Origin: Candidatus Zipacnadia bacterium
GTDB lineage: Bacteria; Armatimonadota; Zipacnadia; Zipacnadales; UBA5352
Length of the DNA stretch: 51,392 nt
Direction: 5' to 3'
Assembly (NCBI GenBank): GCA_029821265.1
Contig: JALGTR010000012.1
Location: forward strand, 1-51,392
Shown piece by piece: positions 8,592-17,024 of the stretch. The first letter of the stretch is position 1; each line of letters begins with the position of its first letter. The notes below the pieces were generated by a model. That model did not search any database and had not been told where the DNA came from. It worked only from the letters and a program-made list of their open reading frames with translations. Position numbers and translations under genes: made by a program.

Positions 8592-9359
8592 ATGGATCTG
8601 CACCTGACCGCGTCACTGCTTACGCTTACACTACTCGCCATCATGCTCGCTGCCCCGGCGACAGCCGAGGACTTCTGGTTCGCCCAGGTGAGCGATGCGC
8701 ACGTCACCGACACGCAGTCGGTTGAGATCGTCAACGATGGCGTGGACATGATCAACGCCGATGAGCGTATCGAGTTCAGTCTCTGGCTCGGCGACCTGAC
8801 GCAGAACTCCACCTCCGACGAGATGGCCCTTGCACGGATGGCGCTCGATCGCCTCGAGAGACCCCGCTACACGCTGCGCGGAAATCATGACATGGGGGCC
8901 GATCACTATCAGCGCGAGTTCGGCGAACTCAACCGCGTGGTCGATCACGGCGGGTGGCGTTTCATCCTGCTTGACTCCAACCCGGGCGACGCCACGCCCA
9001 TCGACCAGCAACGCATCGAGTGGCTCAAGGGGGTCCTCGCCGAGACTGATCCGCAGACACCGCTGGTGCTGTGCACGCACCATCCATTGTATCCGAACAC
9101 CAAGCACTACCTGCTCGCCGGCGCCGACGAGGTGCTCCGGCTCTTCGACGGCCACAACCTCAAGGCCGCGCTCGCCGGCCACTATCACGGGAACCAGCAG
9201 GAGGTCATCGACGGCGTGCTCTATACGACCACCGCATGCCTCGCGACCAGCCGCGGCAACTTTGACGGCGAGACGGCGAAGGGCTTCCGCATGTTCCGCT
9301 GTCACGACGGCCGGATCGAGACGATCTTCGTGACCGTCCGCGACGAGCCTGAGGAGTAA
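8592..9359 (+). CDS. exported calcineurin-like metallophosphoesterase
   Basis: 255 aa with a signal peptide and AAGGAGAG upstream. Phosphoesterase motifs are present: VSDAHV, LGDLT, GNHD, THHP, GHYH. Confidence 0.85.
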   Translation: MDLHLTASLLTLTLLAIMLAAPATAEDFWFAQVSDAHVTDTQSVEIVNDGVDMINADERIEFSLWLGDLTQNSTSDEMALARMALDRLERPRYTLRGNHDMGADHYQREFGELNRVVDHGGWRFILLDSNPGDATPIDQQRIEWLKGVLAETDPQTPLVLCTHHPLYPNTKHYLLAGADEVLRLFDGHNLKAALAGHYHGNQQEVIDGVLYTTTACLATSRGNFDGETAKGFRMFRCHDGRIETIFVTVRDEPEE

Positions 9360-9365
9360 CCGACT

Positions 9366-10142
9366 ATGCTCCGCATCCGCCTCACGAGTCGACTCGCCCG
9401 CGCGGCGCTTCTCTTCGCGCTCGTAGTGCTGCTTGCGGTCCCCGCAGCCCCCGAGGATTTCTGGTTCGCGGCCGCCAGCGATACACATGTGCGGGCGAAC
9501 CATGACAACGCGATCCTGCGTGATGCCATCGCCCGCATCAATGCCGATGAGCGCATCGCGTTCAGCCTCTGGCTCGGCGACATCACGGACCACTCGACGC
9601 CTGAGGAGATGGCCCTGGCCAGGCGCCTGCTCCGCGGCCTCAAGCGCCCATGGTACACCGTGCGCGGGAACCATGACGTCAAAGATGGCCTCTATGAGCA
9701 GCACTTCGGCGCCCTCAACCGCGTCATCCGCCACAAGGGTTGGGCGTTTATGCTGCTCGACAGCAACGCGGACGGCGACAGGCTCGTAGATGAGACCCGG
9801 ATGCGCTGGCTGCGCGAGCAGCTTGCCACGATCGACCCCGCCACGCCGATCGTGCTGTGCTGCCACCATCCGCTTATCCTCGGTGGCGTGGTGCCGGTCG
9901 CGGGCGCACCGGAGATACTCGACCTATTCGCCGGACACAACCTCAAGGCCGTCCTCGCCGGCCACCTGCACACGAATCAGAAGCATACCGTCGATGGCGT
10001 GCTGCACACCACGAACGTGTGCCTGACGAACGTGCGCCAGAACATCGACCGCGACCCCCGCCGCGGCTACCGCGTTTTCCGCTGCCACGACGGCGAGCTG
10101 TCCCTGCAGTTCGTCACGATCCGCGAGATCGCCGCCGAGTGA
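9366..10142 (+). CDS. exported calcineurin-like metallophosphoesterase (tandem paralog)
   Basis: 258 aa, 6 nt after the previous stop. It has the same motif order (ASDTHV, LGDIT, GNHD, CHHP, GHLH) and is collinear with the upstream copy at roughly half identical residues by eye. Confidence 0.85.
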   Translation: MLRIRLTSRLARAALLFALVVLLAVPAAPEDFWFAAASDTHVRANHDNAILRDAIARINADERIAFSLWLGDITDHSTPEEMALARRLLRGLKRPWYTVRGNHDVKDGLYEQHFGALNRVIRHKGWAFMLLDSNADGDRLVDETRMRWLREQLATIDPATPIVLCCHHPLILGGVVPVAGAPEILDLFAGHNLKAVLAGHLHTNQKHTVDGVLHTTNVCLTNVRQNIDRDPRRGYRVFRCHDGELSLQFVTIREIAAE

Positions 10143-10245
10143 GCCCACAAGAGGGCATCCCCCGCGCGCGTCGAAACCATTCGTGGAGATCACAGCGGTT
10201 GCGGGGGCAACTGTCGCCTCCCGCAATCTGACGGGAGGCGCTTTC

Positions 10246-11067
10246 ATGGCAGATCAGAAGCTCAAGCTCGGTGTCATGGTCCATCTTCGCGACGATCCCG
10301 AGGGCGCGATCAGGAAGGTCGCGGACCTCGGTCTTCCCTCGATGCAGCTCGGCTGGCCTCCGGGCAAGACCGTCGAGGACGGCCTCGAGGTCAGGCGCAT
10401 CGCTGATGACATGGGCGTGGAGATCACCACGCTCTGGGCGTCGCTTCCCGGCCTCGCGGTCTGGAACTTCATCGAGGGCCCGATCACCATCGGCCTCGTA
10501 CCGCCCGAGTGGCGCGCCCAGCGCGTACAGGCACTCGAGCAGGCGGCGCGCATCGCGGCCGAGATGGGCGTGCAGTCGATCACCACCCACTGCGGCTTCA
10601 TCCCCGAGTTCCCGGGTGACCCGCTCTACCAGGGCACGATCGTGGCGCTCAAGCAGGTCATGCGCACCTGCGATTCCCTCGGCGTCGAGTTCTGGTTCGA
10701 GACCGGCCAGGAGACGCCAATCACGCTGCTGCGCACCATCCAGGATGTCGGCAGCGAGAACATGGGAATCAACCTCGACCCGGCGAATCTGCTCATGTAC
10801 GGGAAGGCCAACCCGGTCGATGCGCTCGACACCTTCGGCGAGTGGGTGCGCGGTGTTCACGCCAAGGATGGCCAGTACCCAACCGACGGCAAGTCGCTCG
10901 GCAGGGAGATGCCGCTGGGTGAGGGGCTGGTCAACTTCCCGGTGCTTGTGCCCAGGCTCAAGGAATGCGGCTTCACCGGCGCGCTGACCATCGAGCGTGA
11001 GATCTCGGGCGAGAAGCAGATCGAGGACATCAAGCGCGGTATCGAATTGCTCGAGCCGCTGCTTTGA
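10246..11067 (+). CDS. sugar phosphate isomerase/epimerase (xylose-isomerase-like TIM barrel)
   Basis: ATG 10246 with GGGAGG 7 nt upstream, inside track ORF 10183-11067. ...ITTHCGFIPE...FWFETGQE...GINLDPANL...VHAKDG...GEG.VNF is typical of the AP-endonuclease-2/xylose-isomerase-like fold. Confidence 0.75.
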   Translation: MADQKLKLGVMVHLRDDPEGAIRKVADLGLPSMQLGWPPGKTVEDGLEVRRIADDMGVEITTLWASLPGLAVWNFIEGPITIGLVPPEWRAQRVQALEQAARIAAEMGVQSITTHCGFIPEFPGDPLYQGTIVALKQVMRTCDSLGVEFWFETGQETPITLLRTIQDVGSENMGINLDPANLLMYGKANPVDALDTFGEWVRGVHAKDGQYPTDGKSLGREMPLGEGLVNFPVLVPRLKECGFTGALTIEREISGEKQIEDIKRGIELLEPLL

Positions 11068-11119
11068 GGGGCGAGCGCACAACGCTGGCGAACATCAAGA
11101 GGATGATCGGCGGAGGGAT

Positions 11120-11148
11120 TTGACGGGTGAAAGCAGGGCGGCTATAGC
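11120..11148 (+). promoter_or_regulatory. sigma70-like promoter for the peroxiredoxin gene
   Basis: TTGACG (11120-11125), a 17-nt spacer, then TATAGC (11143-11148), about 90 nt upstream of ATG 11239. Confidence 0.45.
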
Positions 11149-11238
11149 TGCTAAGAGTTCGCAATACCAATAGCGCACAGGGGCGCCGTCGGAGAACCCG
11201 GCTGCATTGCGTACAGCAACACTGAGGAGGAGAGGACG

Positions 11239-11910
11239 ATGGAGGAACGCTCATTGGCGTTGATCGGCGATCCGGCACCGGCTTTCACCGCGAACACCAC
11301 CCACGGTGAGATCAATTTCCCCGACGACTACGAGGGCAAGTGGGTCATCCTGTTCTCGCACCCCGCGGACTTCACACCCGTCTGCACCACCGAGTTCATG
11401 ACCTTTGCCTCGATGGCCGAGGACTTCAGGGCACGCAACTGCGAGCTGCTCGGGCTGTCGATCGACTCCAACTACAGCCATATCGCGTGGATCCGCAAGA
11501 TCGAGGAAGACATCGAGTACAAGGACATGAAGAACGTGAAGATCACCTTCCCGATCATCGCGGATCTCACCATGGAGGTCGCGAACAAGTTCGGCATGAT
11601 CCAGCCCGGCGCAAGCAGCACCGAGGCCGTTCGCGCGACCTTCTTGATCGATCCGGAGGGCATCATCCGGGCGATCCTCTACTATCCGCTGAGCAACGGG
11701 CGCAACATGGACGAGATCATGCGCACGCTCATCGCCATGCAGACCTCCGACGAGCACGGCGTGGCCACACCAGCGAACTGGCAGCCTGGCGACGAGGTCA
11801 TCGTCCCGCCGCCGCACACCCACGCCGACGCCGAGGAGCGCGTCGCAGGCGCGGGCGAGGACTACCGCTGCCTTGACTGGTTCCTGTGCCTGAAGAAGCT
11901 CGACGTCTGA
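11239..11910 (+). CDS. peroxiredoxin, Prx6/1-Cys-like subfamily with C-terminal CX5C
   Basis: 223 aa with GAGGAGGAGAGG upstream. It has the peroxidatic motif FTPVCTTE and a C-terminal YRCLDWFLCLKK. Confidence 0.9.
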   Translation: MEERSLALIGDPAPAFTANTTHGEINFPDDYEGKWVILFSHPADFTPVCTTEFMTFASMAEDFRARNCELLGLSIDSNYSHIAWIRKIEEDIEYKDMKNVKITFPIIADLTMEVANKFGMIQPGASSTEAVRATFLIDPEGIIRAILYYPLSNGRNMDEIMRTLIAMQTSDEHGVATPANWQPGDEVIVPPPHTHADAEERVAGAGEDYRCLDWFLCLKKLDV

Positions 11911-11946
11911 GACAAGGCCTCAGGCAGTCGCGTAGCGAAATGCCGC

Positions 11947-11978
11947 CGCGGGGCGCCCCGAACCAGGGGCGCCCCGCG
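11947..11978 (+). terminator. GC-rich hairpin downstream of the peroxiredoxin gene
   Basis: CGCGGGGCGCCCC-GAACCA-GGGGCGCCCCGCG, a perfect 13-bp stem. No U tract follows. Confidence 0.45.
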
Positions 11979-12026
11979 CGCGTTATGTAAGCTGCGCTTA
12001 CCACCGCACGGAGAGGTGACGCCGCC

Positions 12027-14822
12027 ATGACGGCCCGCTCGTGGATCATCCTGCTCGCTCTCGCATCAATCATCATCGCGCCCTCGATCAGCAGCGCTCA
12101 GCCGCTCCCCAGCAGCGAGATCTCGCACCCGGCGGTCCTCCACATGGTCACCGACCGGCGCCTTGACGTTGATGACGCCCGCACCGAGCGCCTCGTGCAA
12201 CAGGCTATGGCGTTCAGCGACGAGCAGATCGACGAGCTGATCCTCCCAAAGCATGGGCTTGAGCCGAGACCGGCCTGCCCCGAGTGCGGCGCCCCGAGCC
12301 TCGAGTTCTCGCTCGATCAGCCCGATCGCCTCACCTGCCCTGACTGCGGAGCGGCCATTACCGCCAGCAGCCTGCCGATCGACACCGAGCTGACCGGCGT
12401 CAACGAACTGGGCGAGACCATCACCTACAGGTGCGCCACCGTCGATCGCAATCCCGTCTGTATTGCCGGCGCGATCCGCTACGCCCGCCACCATGAGATG
12501 GCCGCCGCCGCGCGCGCCCTCGGCGAGCGGTATCACGCGACCGGTGACGAGGCGCTGGCTCGGCGCGCGATCCAGATCCTCGACCGTTTCGCCGAGGTCT
12601 ACCCCCACTGGCCGCTCGTCTCCACCTCCAAACCCGCGTCCTACCTGTGGCGCTACGATATGAACCCGCAGCCACCCTACGACCACTGGGGCGTGGGCAA
12701 GTGGACACGCCTGTTCATGTACGAGATCCCGCAGGACCTCGTCTTCGCCTATGACCTCGTCTACGAGGCCGACGCCTGGAACCGGCTGGCGAATGACGGT
12801 ATGCGCCTGCGCCGCCGCATTGAGGACGTGCTCTTCCGCCCTGCGCTTGACCTCGCGCTGGAGGCCCACGAGGACATGGGGGGGCATATCACCAACCTCA
12901 ACCCAACGCTCTATCAGCGCATGATCCACCTCGGTCGCGTGCTCAACGAGCCCGATATCGTCCACCAGGCCGTCGCGTTCATGCAGGACATGATCCGCAT
13001 GTCATACCACTTCGATGGCATGGAGTACGAGGGCGCGATGTGCTACCACGGCATCGTCACCGGCCGCCTCGGCATCGCCATGCGCATGCTCGAGGGCTAC
13101 GTCGATCCCGAGGGATACGTCGATGAGCGCTTCGGCTTCGCCATCGGTCGCGGCGAGCATCCGCTCAGCTTCCCCATCTACAACAGGGCGTGGGAAGTCT
13201 GGTCGCTCATGAAGCATCCCGACGGCAAACAGGTGCACATCCATGACACGAACTGGGTGGTCGGCCGCCCTGAGGTCGAGGATGACGCGCTCATCCCGAA
13301 CATCGAGCTGAACGCGTACGGGCACTTCGCTCTGGGCGGAGGCCTCGGCAATGACGGGATGCAGGCCCACCTGCACTTCTGCCCGCGCGACCAGGGGCCG
13401 CACTACCACCGCGACCGCCTGAGCATGATCCTGTGGGGCGCTGACGAGGAGCTTCTGGCCGATATCGGCTACCAGCACGTGGGCGAGCCGGCGCGGTACT
13501 TTGCCAACCGCGAGACTGCGCACAACATGGTCCAGGTGTTCTTCGACGACCCGCCGGAGCCGCCGGAGATCGAGGAGCTGACCGGCCTGCCCACCGACCC
13601 GGTCGAGCATTTCAAGGCCGTCGCCGAGCATGAGCGCCCGCTGATCGACGCCCGCTCCCACCTGCTCGCGTACGATCCCGGCACGGTGTCAGACGGTCGC
13701 GTGCAGTTGGTCTCGGCGTCCTCGCTCGGGCCGGAGTACATGGGCATACGCCGGCGCGAACGCTCCCTGCTGATGATACAGGTTGACGAGCGGCGCAGCT
13801 ACCTCGTTGACGTCTTCCGCGTGGCCGGCGGCGACCGCCACCGCTTCACACTCCGAGGCAGCGCCGACGAGACGATGAGCGTCGATCACACGTTGTCGCT
13901 TACACCCGTGCCCGGCACGCTCGCCGGCCCGGATGTCCCCTACGGCCAGCACACCGAGGCCGCCGAGCCCTACTCCTGGTTCGTGCACAACCTCCGACGC
14001 GCGGTCATTCCCGGGCCGTGGCAGATGACGTGGACCGGCGACGATTCGGGCTCCTCCGTGCGCATCTTCTTCGCCGGCGACGAGGGCAGCGAGGTGACGC
14101 TTGCCGAATCTCCAAGCCTTCGCCTCGCGAACCATGACTCGCGCAAAGTTCACGACTTCATGGCCCCGCACCTGCTCGTCGAGCGCGATGACGACGGTGA
14201 CGGAAACCTCTTTGCCGCGGTGTACGATTGCTGGCCGGAGGACTCCCGCCCGGCGGTGCAGTCGGTCGCCTGGAAACGCCTCGGCGAGGGCGCCGATGCG
14301 CCCCTTGCCCTGCGCGTGACACTCGACGGCCGCGAGGACGTCATCTACTGCAGCCTCGACTTCGAGCAGCGGGTCATCGCCGACGTAACGGCCTCCGGGC
14401 CGTGGGCGGTCGTGAGCTGGGAGGATGGCCAGCTAGCGTGGGCCTGGACGTACGGTGGTCGCATCGCCGCCGCCGGCACTCATCTCGCCGCCAGGCCGGC
14501 GACGGAGCTGCCGCTCGTCGAGGTGCGGCGCACCGCCGAAGGCGCGCCCGCAAACGCGCTGGTGGTCGACGGCCCGGTCCCTGACGCCGACGAGCTGCCA
14601 GGCACCTGGATCCGCGCCTTCCTCGGCGATCGCGAGGTCTACGGCTACGAGGTCGTGAACGTCGCCACCGAGGGCGAGCGCACGGCCATCGAGATCGCCG
14701 GTGAGCCGGGCTTTGCACTCACGCCCGGGGGTCACTGGGAGCTGCTCTTCAACCCGTTCTATGAGGGCGCCGGCCCCTGCAGCGTGCAGATACAGCGCAG
14801 CGCCTTCACCTCCGCGCGCTGA
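12027..14822 (+). CDS. exported heparinase II/III family-like protein (931 aa)
   Basis: It has a signal peptide (MTARSWIILLALASIIIAPSISSA) with GGAGAGG upstream. An alginate-lyase-like N-terminal region is followed by a large beta-sandwich C-terminal region as in heparinase II/III proteins. There is an internal CPECG-x17-CPDCG pair. Confidence 0.7.
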   Translation: MTARSWIILLALASIIIAPSISSAQPLPSSEISHPAVLHMVTDRRLDVDDARTERLVQQAMAFSDEQIDELILPKHGLEPRPACPECGAPSLEFSLDQPDRLTCPDCGAAITASSLPIDTELTGVNELGETITYRCATVDRNPVCIAGAIRYARHHEMAAAARALGERYHATGDEALARRAIQILDRFAEVYPHWPLVSTSKPASYLWRYDMNPQPPYDHWGVGKWTRLFMYEIPQDLVFAYDLVYEADAWNRLANDGMRLRRRIEDVLFRPALDLALEAHEDMGGHITNLNPTLYQRMIHLGRVLNEPDIVHQAVAFMQDMIRMSYHFDGMEYEGAMCYHGIVTGRLGIAMRMLEGYVDPEGYVDERFGFAIGRGEHPLSFPIYNRAWEVWSLMKHPDGKQVHIHDTNWVVGRPEVEDDALIPNIELNAYGHFALGGGLGNDGMQAHLHFCPRDQGPHYHRDRLSMILWGADEELLADIGYQHVGEPARYFANRETAHNMVQVFFDDPPEPPEIEELTGLPTDPVEHFKAVAEHERPLIDARSHLLAYDPGTVSDGRVQLVSASSLGPEYMGIRRRERSLLMIQVDERRSYLVDVFRVAGGDRHRFTLRGSADETMSVDHTLSLTPVPGTLAGPDVPYGQHTEAAEPYSWFVHNLRRAVIPGPWQMTWTGDDSGSSVRIFFAGDEGSEVTLAESPSLRLANHDSRKVHDFMAPHLLVERDDDGDGNLFAAVYDCWPEDSRPAVQSVAWKRLGEGADAPLALRVTLDGREDVIYCSLDFEQRVIADVTASGPWAVVSWEDGQLAWAWTYGGRIAAAGTHLAARPATELPLVEVRRTAEGAPANALVVDGPVPDADELPGTWIRAFLGDREVYGYEVVNVATEGERTAIEIAGEPGFALTPGGHWELLFNPFYEGAGPCSVQIQRSAFTSAR

Positions 14823-14848
14823 CCGACCCGCCGCATCAGGAGATCGCC

Positions 14849-16927
14849 ATGGAGACTATCGTCAGAATCGCACTGTGCACCGCGTTGACTGTCGCTCTGA
14901 CACTCGCCGCCTTCGGCCAGGACCCGGCCGCTCCGGGCATCCACGAGCGAATTCCGGACCGGGAGCTGTTCGAGGCGCTCGATCTCGACCGTCCCGGGCT
15001 CGAAGCGGTGTCCGCCGCTGTTGAGGCCGGCGATCTCGACGCCGCGACGGCCGCGCTCGCAGACTACTACCGCACGCGGCAGATCGATACGTGGTTCTTC
15101 GGCGCCGATGAGCGGCCTGATGAGATCGTCAAGCCCGCGAACCTGCGCGAGTGGGTCCGCGGCTTCCTAACTCACGAGGGGCCGTTTGCAGACTCGTGGG
15201 AGGAGGACGGGACGCTCGACTGGTGGGAGGAGCCGAATGCGGGCAACAAGCCCCGGCAGTACTTCTTCTCGACGCTCGCCATGGCCTATTTCGCCGCCGG
15301 TGAGGACCCCGATGTCGCGGAGCTGTGGGTCGGCATCATGCGCGATTGGGTGGACGACTGTCCACCGTCATCGGGGCACGATTACTGGAACGGGATGGTC
15401 AACGGTATTCGGCTGCGTGGCGGCTGGCCCGACGCCTTCCACGCCTTCATTCGCGAGCCAGCATTCGGCGATGAAGACATTTTGGTCTTCCTGAAGTCGC
15501 TGCTCGAGCAGGCACGTTTCATCCGCGAGAATCACTGGCCAACCGGCAACCAGCTGGCCTTCGCGATGGTCGGTCTCTACACCGCAGGCGTCGCATGGCC
15601 CGAGTTCGCGGAGGCCGCCGAATGGCGCGAGTTCGCGCTGCAGACCGCCGTCGATGACCTCAAGGCAGGCTACCTGCCCGACGGCATGGGCCTCGAGCTG
15701 TCGCCGGGCTACCACCAGTTCTACTACAACTACCTGCGCATGGCCGATCTTGCGGCGGAGGTGCGCCGCGACGATGACCCGCGTATGCAGCAGATCCTCG
15801 ATCTCTGCGAGCGCCTCTACGCGGTCTACGCGAAGCTCGCCACGCCCGATCGTCGCACTCCCTCGTGGCAGGACGGTGGGGCCCCGAACGTCACGGAGGT
15901 CATGCAGGCGGCAATCAAACGCTATCCCGACAACGAGGTCTTCCGCTGGTTCGCAACCGGGGGCGCGGAGGGGCATGCGCCCGAGTACACTTCGATCGAG
16001 ATGCCCTACGCAGGATACATCGTGATGCGCAGCGGCTGGGAGACCGACGCGAACTACCTCGCCTTTGACGCCGGACCGATCGGCTGGACGCACGCACATC
16101 AGGACAAGCTGGGCGTGGTGCTCTGGGCCTGGGGCCGGCCGATCCTCATCGATCCCGGCCGCCACGAGTACTCGCGCGAGCCACTCTCGAACTGGGCCAT
16201 GGACAGCTTCGCGCACAGCGTCGCCCTCGTGGACAACCGGCCGCAGCGTCGCTACTGGCGCGACCCCAACCCTACCACGATGCCCTACCAGCCGCTCGAG
16301 GACTATCGCTTCAAGACCACGCCGGAGTATGACCACGCGGCGGGGGTCTACGACCAGACCTGGGGCATGCCTGGACCGTCAGATGCCTACCCATACTGGG
16401 AGGGCAGCAACTTCCGTGAGGGCTGGGTCGAGCTGGCGAACCACCATCGCCGCGTGCTCTTCCTCAAGCCCGATCTCTTCGTCGTCGCCGACAGCCTGAT
16501 CCCGGTGGACGGCCAGACGCATGACTTCGAGGTGCGCTGGCAGATCGATTCCACGAACGTGGAGCGGATGGCCGACGGAGTATCGCTCGTGACCGCCGAC
16601 GCCGGTCGGCCCAACCTCGCGATCGTGCCGCTGGTGCGTGAGGGCCTGGGCGTCGAGAGCGGATCGGGACAGATGGAGCCGCAGATCCTGGGCTGGAACC
16701 TCCACGGCGACCCGCAGCCTGCAACCACGGCCATCCACACGCGCTCGGGCCGCGAACTCGTGGAGTTCGTGACGCTGCTGCTCCCGCTGCCGGCGGGAGT
16801 TCAGGCTCCGGAGGTCAGCGTCAACTGGACGGGGCCGGAGACCGCGCTGGTCACTCTGGGCGACGAGACGGTGAGGCTGACGATCCCCGACGATCCCGCG
16901 GAGGACCTGAGTGCGACGCGCGGCTGA
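14849..16927 (+). CDS. exported heparinase II/III family protein (692 aa)
   Basis: It has a signal peptide (ALCTALTVALTLAAFGQ) with AGGAG upstream. ...NHWPTGNQLAFAMVGLY...GLELSPGYHQFY...HAHQDKLGVVLWAWGRPILIDPG follows the typical heparinase II/III pattern. Confidence 0.8.
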   Translation: METIVRIALCTALTVALTLAAFGQDPAAPGIHERIPDRELFEALDLDRPGLEAVSAAVEAGDLDAATAALADYYRTRQIDTWFFGADERPDEIVKPANLREWVRGFLTHEGPFADSWEEDGTLDWWEEPNAGNKPRQYFFSTLAMAYFAAGEDPDVAELWVGIMRDWVDDCPPSSGHDYWNGMVNGIRLRGGWPDAFHAFIREPAFGDEDILVFLKSLLEQARFIRENHWPTGNQLAFAMVGLYTAGVAWPEFAEAAEWREFALQTAVDDLKAGYLPDGMGLELSPGYHQFYYNYLRMADLAAEVRRDDDPRMQQILDLCERLYAVYAKLATPDRRTPSWQDGGAPNVTEVMQAAIKRYPDNEVFRWFATGGAEGHAPEYTSIEMPYAGYIVMRSGWETDANYLAFDAGPIGWTHAHQDKLGVVLWAWGRPILIDPGRHEYSREPLSNWAMDSFAHSVALVDNRPQRRYWRDPNPTTMPYQPLEDYRFKTTPEYDHAAGVYDQTWGMPGPSDAYPYWEGSNFREGWVELANHHRRVLFLKPDLFVVADSLIPVDGQTHDFEVRWQIDSTNVERMADGVSLVTADAGRPNLAIVPLVREGLGVESGSGQMEPQILGWNLHGDPQPATTAIHTRSGRELVEFVTLLLPLPAGVQAPEVSVNWTGPETALVTLGDETVRLTIPDDPAEDLSATRG

Positions 16928-17024
16928 TGGCGGCATCTGCCTGAACCATGGGAGCGCGCTCGCCGCTTCGCATTGGAGCCGGGCGCTCGCCCTCCAGATT
17001 CGTTGCGCTCACCCCCGCCCGCGC

